Shown: piece by piece, positions 40,376 through 53,787 of the stretch
Position numbering within the stretch: the stretch's first letter is position 1
Layout: each line of letters begins with the position of its first letter
Assembly: GCF_006345805.1 (NCBI RefSeq)
Contig: NC_043017.1
Span: 2,728,001-2,792,000 of the forward strand
Direction of reading: 5' to 3'
DNA: 64,000 nucleotides
From: Octopus sinensis
Lineage: Eukaryota
Program-made: the position numbers and the translations under genes
The notes under the pieces: generated by a model
What the model saw: the letters and a program-made list of their open reading frames with translations, nothing else
The model's database searches: none
Told to the model about the DNA's origin: nothing

Positions 40376-41014
40376 TATATAAATTAGATAATTTATATAT
40401 TTCTCCACACACACACACACGTACACAAACACATACATTACATGTATACATACACACCCGTACATAGACATATTATATATATATATATAATATATATATA
40501 TATACACAATTCTACTCTCAAATTTGGTCTCCAAAGACATTTCTTTCCCAGTATAAGGGTAGCTGAAGCTACCCTTATATAAACTCATATTATATAAATA
40601 TATCTGAACTAATAAAGAAATACTTAATCAATTTTAAGTTGTGTACAGCCCAGCCCGAGGCGAAACTCAGAGTAGATACTCATATAATAAATATACCTTG
40701 GCATATCAAACATCCATTCTCCTATTCTCCGTATTGAGTCCCCTATGAATTAAATTTCCCACTAAGGAAAATATGTAGTTTTTAAAATATACTTTGCAGC
40801 TCATGATTTTTAGCGTAATGGTGACGATCAATGAAAAAGAGAATACCTACGTTGAACTAATGAGAAATCTGCAGCTACAATTTGAAGCCTTTTGACATGT
40901 TTTTATTTTTATTTTCCAACTGAACAGCACACCTTTCCACAGGTGTACATGTTCTGTTGGAACAATAGCTGCATCATAATTTACAAAGGAGCGATTCCTA
41001 CATACATACATTCA

Positions 41015-41428
41015 TCTTTTATCTTGTTTCAGTCATTAGACTGCAGCCATGATGGGGCATCACCTTGAAGAATTTCTGTCGAAGGAATCGATTTAAGTAA
41101 TTTTTCCGTTTAAGAAATGTTCTATCGGACATTTTATTACCGAACCGCCAAGTTGCGGGGACGTAAGCGCACCAACATTGGTAGTCAGCGGTGATGGCTG
41201 GGGGATGCGGGAACAAATACACACATACACGCACCACAATTATTCACCATGTTGGACAGCGGAAATCTATAAGTTTCTTTTTCATTGTCTCTCTGTTTAT
41301 TTTCTCTTATTCCTTTCCGTTGAAGAGCATAGGCTCGAAACGTAAAAGACTTTTTCATTTTTCCCGAGCGTCAAACGTCCTTATTGTTCATACACTGCCT
41401 TTGACTTTTGTTTTTCTATAAATTCAAT

Positions 41429-41459
<31 letters not shown>

Positions 41460-41630
41460 TCTATATATAATAATACTATATATATATATATATATATATA
41501 TGACGGGCTTCCCTTTGCGAAGTCCACCACTCACAAGGACTGAGGCTATAGCAGAAGACACTAGCCGAAGGCGCCACTCAGAGGGACTGAACATGTTGTT
41601 GCGAAGCAAACTTCTTACCACACAGCCACA
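41015..41630 (-). mobile_element. SINE family A halves (41015-41235, 41500-41630) separated by a hammerhead-like element
   Basis: Tail and head segments flank 41240-41430 and a (TA)n tract. Confidence 0.7.
41240..41430 (+). mobile_element. Short element with variant hammerhead-like motif (41313-41348)
   Basis: cttt-CCGTTGA-a-gagc atag gctc-GAAAC-GTA-aaag; second copy at 51901-52090. Confidence 0.55.
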
Positions 41631-42369
41631 CCAATAAGATATATATCATGAAGCATATTTGCCACTCAAATGTGGCTGACCCCTATAGGACGATGCTACT
41701 GTAGTTTATGGCCCCAGGAAGACATCTTCTCCAGCTGGCTGTTGACACACTGTCTATGCCCCATCAGTATTCGCAAAGGGAAGTCATTGTTCCCATCTCC
41801 AGCCTTATTGCTTTGATATATATGTATGTATGTATGTATGTATATGTACATATATATAGTATATACATGTATAAATGTGTGTATATATATACAATATATA
41901 TGTATGTATGTATATATATAATATATATATATAATATATATATATATATGTATAATATGTGTATAATATATAATATATGTATGTATGTATATATGTATAT
42001 ATATATATGTGATGTGTGTATATAATATATATAATGTAAATACAGATATATATATAATATGTATATACATATATATATATATGTATATATATATATGTGT
42101 GTGTATAATATTACACACATATATAACATATATATATGTATATATATATATATAATATATATATATAATATATATATATATATATGTAGTTTGTGTGTGT
42201 GGTGTGTGTGTGTGTGTGTGTATAATCTATTCGGCATATTCTATAGCGTGACTCATAAGCGGAGAGTTTCGCGCATTGACACTTATCAAACATTGAACGA
42301 AACTCTCAGCCTTTGAGTCACTCTGCAGTTATATTGATATAAATAATGATATTATTGTCAATAATACTA

Positions 42370-42670
42370 TTGTTCCGGGCACCTCGGCCAAGTGCTTTTC
42401 TAAAACAGCCTCGGGCCGACCAAGACTTTGTAAGTGGATTTGGTTGATGGAAACCGAAAGAAGCCTGTCTTTTATATGTGTGTGTATGTCTGTCGTATTT
42501 CTGATTGTCCCCAATTACCGCTTAACAACCGATGTTGGTTTATGTACGTCCTTGTAAATTACTGGTTCGACGAAAAGGACCAACAGAATAGATATTGGGG
42601 TCTAAATTCGTTCGACAAAAAGTTCTCCAAAGCGTTGACCCGACATGGCTGCAGTCTATGACTAAAACAA
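42370..42670 (+). mobile_element. SINE family A, diverged
   Basis: ggcacctcggccaagtg...catggctgcagtctatgactaaaac. Confidence 0.75.
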
Positions 42671-42706
42671 ATATAGAATATTTAATGTGTGTGTGTATGT
42701 ATATAT

Positions 42707-42755
<49 letters not shown>

Positions 42756-43283
42756 ATATATATATATATATATATACGTACATACATACATACATACATA
42801 TATACATACACACACATATGCATATAAACATACATACATACATACACAGAAACACCTTAATTAATTAATCGAAACACTGCCGAGCGTTCGAGATAGCGAG
42901 AAAAGATAGATTTGTGTGTTTTTAGTAAACACATTTTTACACCCGTAATTATGTAAACCTACGTGCGTATATATATATAGCTATATGTGTATATGTGTGA
43001 ATTTTTATGCCATATGTCGTTGTAGCGATAATTATCAGCCATAACAATTGTCCTCGCCATCTGTCATCCTATTATTTTAAATAAACAATCACAAACAACA
43101 AAATGCAGGCGAGACTCGGTGCTTCGCTCGGCGCGTCTCGACGTGGCATGTCGATCGGCATGCTAGAAATAGCAGCCGAATAATTACCTCCGTCGTTGTG
43201 ACGTCTCTGATCAATCCAGGCTGGTTGACCACGTTCTGAACAACAACAATATACTACTGGTGCCGCTGGTAACGGTGCTGTCG

Positions 43284-43284
43284 A

Positions 43285-43346
<62 letters not shown>

Positions 43347-43492
43347 TTACTACTGCTGCAGCTGCTGCCGCTACAACTACTACTACTACTACCACCACCT
43401 CCAACAGCACCCCACCACCACCACCATCACTACCAACACCACCACCACCACCACCACCACCACCACCACCCACTACCACCACCACCACCATC

Positions 43493-43538
<46 letters not shown>
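43284..43538. repeat. (TAC)n/(CAC)n tract
   Basis: Directly visible. Confidence 0.95.
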
Positions 43539-43871
43539 ATTTATACATTGGTGTTATTGTTTAAGAAGCAAGGCGAGATTTCAGCGCCACCTGCCGTGGG
43601 TCGGTGCGTCGTCGTTACAGCCATGTTTAGTGTTTTTTATGGCTAAAATTTAACGAATTTTGTTACAGTAAAATCATTGAAATTATCGTTATTGGTATTA
43701 TTTTATTAGTATTATCGTTATTTGTATTATTTGTATGTATTCGGTAATGTCAGACTTCGTTGCTGACCACACACTGCGCTGGCAATCATCGACGGTTTGA
43801 TTAACATTTGTCGTGCTGTGGTTGGCTGCTTACCCGTATTAGACGGCACTTTTGCATACATACATACATAC

Positions 43872-43904
<33 letters not shown>

Positions 43905-43997
43905 CGTCAAAATCAATTAATTCTTAAAATACACACGCACATATAGACATGCATTTATATGTGTGTGTGTGTGTTACACACAATCACACACACACAC

Positions 43998-44056
<59 letters not shown>

Positions 44057-44904
44057 ATATGTACATATATATGTGCATTATATATATATATAAATATATA
44101 ATAAATTAATAAATAAAGCATATGCATATATACATACATATATGTACGTACCTACCTCTACATGTATATATACATGCATATATGGGTACAGGACACCAAA
44201 AAAAAGACGTCGAACACAATGAGAAACGAAAACATAAACACAAAACCAAGGAACTGGACATTTTTCTTAAACAACGAAAAGATAGTGTACAGGACAAATA
44301 ACACAAGCAAAATTCCCCTTCTTTAGTCGCCATGGTTTCATCTTCTCTGCGTTTCGATGGTGAAGGCGATACGCATCTTCGATAGAAACTTTCCTTCTCG
44401 CGAAAAGCAAATTAAATAAAATTTGAGATCTTTTTGCGGAGGGGTGTATGTATGTATGTATGTATGCATGTATGTATATTTAGCTGGAAGTCACTCAGTC
44501 GGATAAAAGTTATATTAATAAAACACGACCTGCTTAGATATATTTGGGGGCGGTATCCTTCATCCTTTTGTAGGATTATTTTCCTTGTTTACTTGGACAA
44601 TTCAGAAGAGATCTTTTTCACGAATTACTTTGCCAAGTAGCTACATTAAATATCTTTCCTCCTAATCAGAGGTAAAATGGTTCTAGTATTCTTCCTCGGG
44701 TACGTGTAAGTTCAATAAGAACAACATTTGTCGAAATCCCAATGTTATATATATATATATATATAATATTATATATATATATAATATATATATATATAAA
44801 TATATATATATTAATTATTTATATAAATGAGCATCACGTTATTAATATCAAAGCCTCATTCAGAAATAACAGTAATAGTGTAACATAAATGTTTTCTCTT
44901 CATC

Positions 44905-45049
44905 CAGTAGCTTGCTTACCAGCCACATGGTTCCGGGTTCAGTCCGACTGCGTGACACCTTGGCAAGTGTCTTCTACTATAGCCTCGGGTCAACCAAAAC
45001 CTTGTGAGTGGATTGGTAGGCGGAAACTGAAAGAAGCGCATCGTATATA

Positions 45050-45090
<41 letters not shown>

Positions 45091-45100
45091 TATATACATC

Positions 45101-45138
<38 letters not shown>

Positions 45139-45370
45139 AGTGCGTGTGTGTGTGTGTGTGTGTTTGTGTGTCTGTGTTTGTCACCCCAACATCGCTTAAC
45201 AACCGATGCTGGTGTATTTGCCTCCTCGTAACTTAGCTGTTCGGCAAAAAACCGGTAGAATAAGTACTAGGCTTACAAAGAATAAGTGCTGGGGTCGATT
45301 TGCTCGACTAAAGGCGGGGCTCCAGCATGGTCACAGTCAAATGACTGAAACAAGTAAAAGTGTAAAGAGT
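44905..45370 (+). mobile_element. SINE family A
   Basis: agtagcttgcttacc... expanded microsatellite ...gactgaaacaagtaaaag. Confidence 0.9.
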
Positions 45371-45781
45371 ATCCATCATCATTATTGTTTTAAAATAATA
45401 AAAAAGGTTTCTCTGAATCTCTTTCAAACATTTCATTTTTGGAGAGAATTTTATGACGAAGTATAGCTCCATTGCTTTTCAGAATTTTGGGTCACCTCTT
45501 GAACATTTGAAATAATACTAATATATGGGAATATTTTGAACTTTCCTTCAGCGCACATTGGTTTATTTACAAATATGATGATAGGAATGCAATGGAAAAA
45601 AAAGTAAGAAAGAAGAAGAGAAAAATGCTTTGTAATGAAATTTCAATGAATTGACCACATCAAATTGAAAGGAAACCTTTCTATCTATGTGTCTATCTAT
45701 CTAGCTTTCTGTCTGCCTGCCTGTCTGTCTCTGTCTGTCTATCTATCTATCTATCTGTCTGTCTATCTATCTATCTATCTA

Positions 45782-45813
<32 letters not shown>

Positions 45814-46163
45814 CTTTCCCCATCCATTATTATCTTTTCTCTGCTTTCTTGATTGTCCTGAACCCCTCCTCTCTTTCCCTCTGTCTCTTTCCCATCATTC
45901 TATGCTTTTCTTTCTCTCTCTCTCTCCCTTTCCCACCACAAAAAAAGACAAAACAACAACAATATTCTCCGCTACTAAACAAAGCAAAAAAAAAAGCATC
46001 CTTTTTATATGAATGAACAACGAAACGTTCTGTTTTTACCATTTAGAAAGATTTTGATTTGGTCTTGAGGAGTTCAAAAAAACGAACGAAAGCGCTAATA
46101 AAAAATTATCCAGAATTCTGACTGCCTCCTATTTCTCAATATATATATATACATATACATATA

Positions 46164-46201
<38 letters not shown>

Positions 46202-46306
46202 TACATGCGCACACACATAAATATGTATGTATGTATGCTTACATACGTAGATATACACAGGCATATATATACATATATATATATGTATATATATATATGT
46301 ATATAC

Positions 46307-46374
<68 letters not shown>

Positions 46375-46534
46375 CATATTTATACATAGATTTAAATGTA
46401 TATTTATATTCATATGTTTTTTCTGTTCAGTTATAGTAAAAACAGTTTTACTTTAATCTGACGGGTAACTCTGTACTTTTGTAGAGTACAAATCTTTTAT
46501 TCTTATACAAGAATGCTGTTGACAGTGACTGTAT

Positions 46535-46573
<39 letters not shown>

Positions 46574-48244
46574 CACTCATATTTAAACACCTTTAATTTA
46601 CCATTATGTATGCGTCCGCGTGTATATATACACATACACATATATATATATATATATAAACATATAGAGATATACACACATGTACATATGCACACACACA
46701 CACACATACATACGCATGCGCACAAGTATGTATAAGCAGCAGTCAGCCAAGTTACTTGTGCGTGTTTTAGAATATAAATTACATTTCATTTCGAAAATTA
46801 GCGAATTCCTGTACATTCCACGGGTATTAGGGGTAATTTTCTAGTTAATATATCTGACATTCCTCTGAATCCACCAAACACACACACACAGAAACACACA
46901 CAGAAACACACACAGAAACACACACACTCACACACATGTTTATGCATATTACATGTGTGTCTATAAATATATATATAGACGTATACATATATCCATAGTT
47001 AAGCACACGCAGACATATATGTAGGAATGTAAATACGTGTGTGTATTTCTATGTATATATGTATATGTCTATATATATATTTATAGACACACACACATAT
47101 ATGTGTGTGTGTGTTTGTAAATATACACATACAAGCATATATATATGTATATATATATATGTATGTATGTATATAATATATATATATATATATATAGAAT
47201 ATATATATATGTATGCATGTATATGTATATCATATATCTATATAGATAGATACATACATACGCACACACACACACACACATATATATATATACATACATG
47301 CGTGCAAGCATCCATACATATATACATACATACACAGGCACACATAAGTACTTAAATAATTGGATAGAATATAGATATATTCACATTTGTTTGTGTGTGC
47401 TTGTATATATATGCATATACGTATATAGAGACACATCCATACATCCATATATACATATACATACAGACACATACACACATACATAAATAAATGGATAGAA
47501 TATAAACATATTCACATTTGTTTATATGTGTCCTTGTTTGTATATGCATATACGTATATGTATATATATACACAACTACATTATTCTATGCATACATACA
47601 TACATACATACATACAAACATACACACATACACATACATACATACACACATACATAAATATATACACACGCACATCTACACACATACATACATACATACA
47701 CACATACATAAATGCATACATACGCACATACATACATACATACGTACATACATACGTACATACATACATACATACATACATACATACATACATACATACA
47801 TACATACATACACACATGAATACATACACACATACACACACACACACATATCTTTATAAACCCGATCCTCCATCTACTTCATACGTGAACACACAAGGAG
47901 CGCATTGCTGCCAACCTATAATGTCTTCGTTGACGTCTATATTAATGGCGTTATTGTTCAAAACTAAGACGAGTAACTTAATATGACGGGAAAGATTTCA
48001 CCTTAAACGTCTGGGAACATTTTCCATATCTTCGACATTCCTTCCACAGTTTTTCCAAATGGCCAAGTGTCGAAGTGATGAAAGAAACTTTTAAAAGTTT
48101 ATTTCTTTCGCTGTTGCCAAGATCAATAACACATTCTAATGAAGCCTGGAATTCTTAAGTGTTTCGCGAGATATTTCGGAAGTGGGTGTGGGCCAGAGGA
48201 AATTGTTAAATGATTCTTGGATTTTCACTTTTATCTACGGGAAA

Positions 48245-48432
48245 CTCGGCAGAATCGTTGGCACGTTCGGGCTAAATGCTTAGCGGTATTTTCTTTCGAC
48301 TCTAAGTTCTGAGTTCAAATCCCGCTGAGGTGACATTTGTCTTTCATTCTTGTATAGTCGATAAAACAAAGTAGCAGTTAAGCACTGGGGTCGATATTAT
48401 AGATATGACTCCTTCCCCTCAAGATTGCCAGG
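48245..48432 (+). mobile_element. SINE family F
   Basis: ggcagaatcgttggcac...gagttcaaatcccgctgagg...cactggggtcgat. Confidence 0.75.
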
Positions 48433-48989
48433 TTTAAATTCTTCATCGTTCTATGAGAATATTGGGATCTTGTTCACTTAAACGCCATAGAAACCGGTTA
48501 ATTGTTCTAGGAGTCGAAGGGATGAAGAAAAATAAATAGATAAATAAATAATACGGGAGGTCAGAGCCTTTGAAAGATTTTCAAGAAGATGTTAAATTAA
48601 TTATTTGATGAGAGAGTGTGAACACTAAAACAAGAAACTTTGCACGCTTTCTATTGACTCGTGTTTCATGCCCAAATAGCACAAAACAATTTTGAAATTT
48701 TTGTAAATCTTGATGATCCCTCACGATACATTAAGATGTCTGTTATTCAGACTGGCGGAATTGAAGTAACTATGAAAAATTTCAAGTCACTGGTGTCTCA
48801 TACTGATAATGCAGAAATAAAATTATCAAATTTTTGGTAAACTTCGAATACTTTAAAAGATTTAAAGAGACACCGGAATGGTTTTCACACCCATCTGGTT
48901 TCGAGATCATGCATACGTATTTACATGCCCCTCTCACATATATGATACTGTTCTGGCACGGCCTTGATAAAGATCCACCACCACTACCA

Positions 48990-49284
48990 CCTTGGGTCAC
49001 AAATGACCATCGAATTGCACTTAGAAAGTTTCCCTCTGAAGCATAAGTCCGAGTAAGGTTGTTTATGGAAGGCCAGCAGTCGCCCATGCATACCGGCCTT
49101 CCCCTCACCACACAACCAATGTTATCCAAGGGAAAGACATAGGGGCCAATACATCTTGGCGCCAGTGACGTCACAACTCATTTCTACAGCTGAGTGAACT
49201 GGAGCAACGTGAAATAAAGTGTCTTGCTCAAGAACACAACACGCAGCCCGGTCCGAGAATAGAACTCACTACCTCCCGATTGTA
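48990..49284 (-). mobile_element. SINE family C
   Basis: Reverse complement match to 26697-27032. Confidence 0.88.
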
Positions 49285-49341
49285 AACCCGACTCTCTAAC
49301 CACTTCTATAGTTTGAAGTATATATACTCTTGTATACATTT

Positions 49342-49389
<48 letters not shown>

Positions 49390-49449
49390 TTCCAAGTCTG
49401 TCCTGTCACTCTTGGTTCACATGGAACAACTCTGCATCCAGAATAACTA

Positions 49450-49720
49450 TCCACGTGAGCTTCATCTAATCTTATATTTTTACATCCGTTGTTGAGGCAC
49501 TCAGCACGTGAGGCATACATTTCCCTCTTTACTCTTCAGCCGGAGTTGTCTAAGTGACATGATGCGGCACTCAAAGGCCTTCTGGATTGTTCTTAGGATT
49601 CTGTCTCCATCTCTCCGTTTAAAAGAAATCCTGCCAGTGTCACAACTGATGTTTGGTCGGTGCTGTTTCGCTTCTGTAAAAATGACTTTGTTGATTGGCA
49701 GCAGTTCAGATGAGCCTCAC
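49450..49720 (-). pseudogene. R4/Dong-like non-LTR retrotransposon ORF fragment
   Basis: Minus strand HRPNISCDTGRISFKRRDGDRILRTIQKAFECRIMSLRQL resembles the post-RT 'H..SD..RLY..R..GGRGL..I' motif of R4-clade elements. Confidence 0.5.
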
Positions 49721-49907
49721 ACTCCTTTCTCCCCACTTGCTTGCTCATAAGAGAGCGACCTTTCTCTACTAATAACCAATCATCAAGTCTCTTTTAAGTA
49801 AATTTTCCTTTCGGTAGTTTTGCAGGAGAATGTCTTCACTATTGATACTATAAGTTTTCAGAAACACGTTTATGCAGCATTCGCTCGGTAATCCCATCAA
49901 ACCACAC

Positions 49908-50007
49908 NNNNNNNNNNNNNNNNNNNNNNNNNNNNNNNNNNNNNNNNNNNNNNNNNNNNNNNNNNNNNNNNNNNNNNNNNNNNNNNNNNNNNNNNNNNNN
50001 NNNNNNN
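49908..50007. other. Assembly gap (100 N)
   Basis: Run of N; adjacency across it is not guaranteed. Confidence 1.
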
Positions 50008-50140
50008 TTACCTTCTGCCGGAGCCGCGTGGAGCTTAGGTGTTTCCCTCATAAACGCACACATCGACCGGTCTGAGATTCGAACCGGCAATCTCTTGACT
50101 GTGAGTCTGCTTTTCTAACCACTAGGCCATGTGCCTCCAC
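50008..50140 (-). mobile_element. SINE family B 5' part (cut by gap)
   Basis: ccttctgccggagccgcgtggagcttagg...ccactaggccatgtgcctcc. Confidence 0.88.
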
Positions 50141-50144
50141 CCCA

Positions 50145-50383
50145 TGAAATTTACAGATGTGAAAATGGTGAAGAAAAAGGAAAACGACGGAAGGGTTTAA
50201 AGGCATCCCTTCCGAAGAGTTCCAGCACTGCTTCGAACGATGAAAAATGCGTCTGATCCGATGCATTGCTTCAAATGGAAAATACTCTGAAGGCGGTAAA
50301 AGTGTAAACATGTAAAACTAATTGAATGAAATAATATTGCAAAACTCCGGTCTCTTTTGGGTACCTGGGTACCCCCTCTCTTA
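50145..50383 (+). mobile_element. mariner transposon 3' remnant
   Basis: KGIPSEEFQHCFER*KMRLIRCIASNGKYSEG resembles the mariner C-terminus (W..R...CI...G.YFE); TIR-like tccggtctcttttgggtaccccct end. Confidence 0.7.
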
Positions 50384-50752
50384 TAAATTATATGCATGTG
50401 TATATATGTAATGTATGTAAGTGTATGGATAGAAAGAGAGAGAGGGGGGAGAGAGAGAAAGAATGTGAAAGAAGGAATAGCAAAAGTACAAGTGGCATCT
50501 GTTGTTAATATGCAATAGATCCATTTACCCACTTCTGGAGTCCGTCCCACCAACACCGATGATTCAATGCATCGTATGTCTCTTTCCTGCTTTAACATCG
50601 AAACAGACCTCGTTTACAGACATATTTATCGTAAAATGTCATGTTGAGCAGAGAAGGGATTTTTGCAAGTCACAGGAAACAAAACAATTGTTCCACATAC
50701 AAATATATATATATAAATATATATGCATACATACATACATACCTACATACCT

Positions 50753-50786
<34 letters not shown>

Positions 50787-50987
50787 GTACGTATGTATGT
50801 ATATATGTTTAAAAATGTCGTGTATTAATACATTTAAATGCTACTTATTTTTGGCAATTAAATTTTAGATGTGTCATTTCCAAACGACAATAAAAATAGA
50901 GAACTTTTTTTTTATACCATGTCTATATTTTCGTGTAAAAAAAAAGAAGCAATTTTAAAGAACCAAATTAAACTCGAACTAGCAAAA

Positions 50988-51026
<39 letters not shown>

Positions 51027-51858
51027 AATAAATAATTAATAGTAAAATAAAATAAAATCTAAATAAAACCTAACTTTAAAGTTGGGTGTGACCGGACTGA
51101 GTGAGTCATGCATTTTGTGTTGATCAACAAAAATACTAAATATTTCGATATTATTGTTGTTGTTGCTTTTTCTGTTGTTGTATTTACGCCCGGTGTTGTT
51201 GTTGTTGTTCTTGTTGCTACTGCTACTGTCGTTGCTGTGAATTCAGTAAAGAATTTATAATCTTTTTTTTTCCCTTTCTTTGTTCGTTCTTATTTTTCAA
51301 ATTTTCCTATGATGAATTGCTCTGACATAAGGTTATGATGTAAAATGTTAGTGCAATTACGCAACTGGATCCTAATTTAAAAATTTTAATTGAATTTAGT
51401 TGTTGTTTCTATAATTAAATTAAATGAAATTTTACTTTTCACTTGATCAGTTGTTATGCTGTGGTTCCATGTTGCAATTTAAGTTAAAATGGCAGAAAGA
51501 CTTCTGCTGGATTTATTTTGAGGGATAAAATTTCTATGGAGAATATAGTCATGGGAAGTTAACCTCGGGCAAGGGTGACACAGGGATTTTTTATTGCAAA
51601 ACTCTCCTTTACTGGAACTTGTACATTATTGTCAAAGTTATTGCCGTTAGTTGTGTTGATATGTCGCTTGACAGCTGTTTCAGACCTTGAGTGCAACCTC
51701 AAAATATTTTTACCCTCTAATATCTCGAGAAGATAGTTTATCATTGATCATGCATTTTGCAGCTTCAAAATTTTGATGATGCGATGGTGTATGTTACAAT
51801 GGCATTGAAGGATAGGTGTCATAGGCTGGATCTGTCTGGTTAATACATAAACTACAGT

Positions 51859-51894
<36 letters not shown>

Positions 51895-51900
51895 TATATA

Positions 51901-52085
51901 TTCGCCATGATAGATCGGTAGCCATTACACACATTTTTTTCTCTCTTTGTTTCTTTCTGTGTTCCTTTATGTGGAAGAGCGTAGGCTCGAAACGTTTAAG
52001 ACTTTTTCAGTCACGAGCGTATACTAATAGATCTGTTTGTTTTCTACACCACCTGTCTTCGTCTTTGTTTTTTATCGTGAATTCT

Positions 52086-52090
<5 letters not shown>
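51901..52090 (+). mobile_element. Short element with variant hammerhead-like motif (51965-52000), between (TA)n tracts
   Basis: cttt-ATGTGGA-a-gagc gtag gctc-GAAAC-GTT-taag; homologous to 41240-41430. Confidence 0.55.
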
Positions 52091-52121
<31 letters not shown>

Positions 52122-52169
52122 CTATATATATATATATATATATATATGCTATATATAATATATAATATA

Positions 52170-52337
52170 TATGCGACGGGCTTCTTTCAGTTTCCGTCTA
52201 CCAAATCTACTCACAAGGCTTTGTTCAGCCCGAGGATATCGTAGACGACACTTTCCCAAGGTGCCACGCAGTGGGAATGAACCCGGAACCATGTGGTTAG
52301 TAAGCAAGCTACTTACCACACAGCCACTCCTGCGCCT
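52170..52337 (-). mobile_element. SINE family A 5' half
   Basis: cgacgggcttctttcagtttccgtc...cagccactcctgcgcct. Confidence 0.9.
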
Positions 52338-52483
52338 ATGTAGAATACACTGGATGATATAATCTTGGGAGGTTAATGTCACCATCATTCTATTTATGTT
52401 GTACAGCTTGTTACAGCAGAATATTGTATTTCAAAAAGAGTCGGACTAGATTCTTCCAGAACTTGGACAAATATGTGAAAATT

Positions 52484-52812
52484 ATCTTCTCAAGTCATAC
52501 CGACTCATAAGGGCTGGTTTCCCCTCTTTCCATGGCATATATAGACCTATTTGTGCGGGTTTCCCGGTTTCCATGGCATACATAGACTCACAAGGGCCGG
52601 TTTCCGTTTTCCATGGCCTTTAAATTCCCCAATTGGACGGGACGCCGATCCATCACAGGCTTACTCACTTTTGCCAGCTGGGTGGACTAGAGCAACGTAT
52701 GATAAAATGAAGTGTTTTGCTCAAGAACACAACGCGTCGTCCGGTCCAGGAATCGAAACCACGATCTTACGATGATGAGTCCAACACCCTAACCACCAAG
52801 CCATGCACTTCC
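52484..52812 (-). mobile_element. Chimeric SINE (C-like head, B-like tail with internal duplications)
   Basis: ttgctcaagaacacaacg head; ggacgggacgccgatccatc and three ggtttcc...tttccatggc tail units. Confidence 0.75.
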
Positions 52813-53787
52813 ATCTACTTGTTATTATTAATTTTGAATTAAAAGAAAGAACACACAAATGAAAAAAGAAAAAAATGAAGAAAATATCCCTTTCAGGTTT
52901 TCTTACTCTTGGACCATTCTATTGCCAAACAATCAGAGGAACTGCTTTGAGCTGTAATATCGAGATTCTTCCATCAAAGTATTCGACGCAAATGATTTTC
53001 TTTCGAAAAACTCATCAGTCTCGAACCAATAAAAGACATTTTAAAACATTCCTTTTTACTCAGCAAAAATGCCTGCCAGTCTGGTGTTGAAACAGCCGAA
53101 ACAGAAATATCCTGGTTAACTCAAGGTTTCTTTTAATCTTACAAAAGATTTGTCCTGAGCAATTTACGAATAATACACACATACATACGTGTGTACTCAT
53201 ATATGCCAATACACTATATAGATATTTGTGTGTGCGTGCTAGTGTGTGTGTGAGTGAGTGTGTTTGTAGGTATGTATATGTGTGTGTGAGGGTGCATGCC
53301 TGCGTGCACTTGAGCGACTGCCATCAAAAGAAAGGATAAATATTTACCACAAATCCGTTTATATATTCCGAGCAAATTTATCAGATTGATTCCATTTGCC
53401 ATAAATCTGCCGTAAACAGCGACCAAGCGTTCTTCAATTGCGTTTGACAAAGCTTCTGCAAGCATTTCCTCGCCTACACACGCACACACACACACATGCA
53501 GGCACATGCACACACACACATGCACATGCACACAAGTACGCACGCACAAATACGCGTATACAAACACGCACACACATAAACAGAGACACATACGCACACT
53601 CACACACAACTATACACACACACGCATAATCATTTTCTTATGTCGCACGCTTTCTCTCACTATATATATACACACAGATATATACATGTGTGTGTGTGTG
53701 TGTATAAATATACAATATATATATATATATACTGATAAATACATATGCGTGTGTGTGTGCGTGTGTCTATATCTGTGTATATACACA

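Noticed and set aside
44310-44390. Permuted hammerhead-like pieces (GAAAC...CTAAAGA) in a probable repeat at 44185-44445
   Set aside because: Both the core and the cleavage triplet are non-canonical; cannot be supported without a family consensus
47355-47560. ~130-bp local tandem duplication inside microsatellite
   Set aside because: Ordinary slippage product with no sign of function
51315-51358. Hairpin containing AATTGCAC (miR-92-like seed) on the minus strand
   Set aside because: Stem too short, seed on the 5' arm, remainder does not match miR-92
53001-53025. Minus-strand CTGATGA-gtttttc-GAAA
   Set aside because: Only one pair in stem II and no convincing stems I/III
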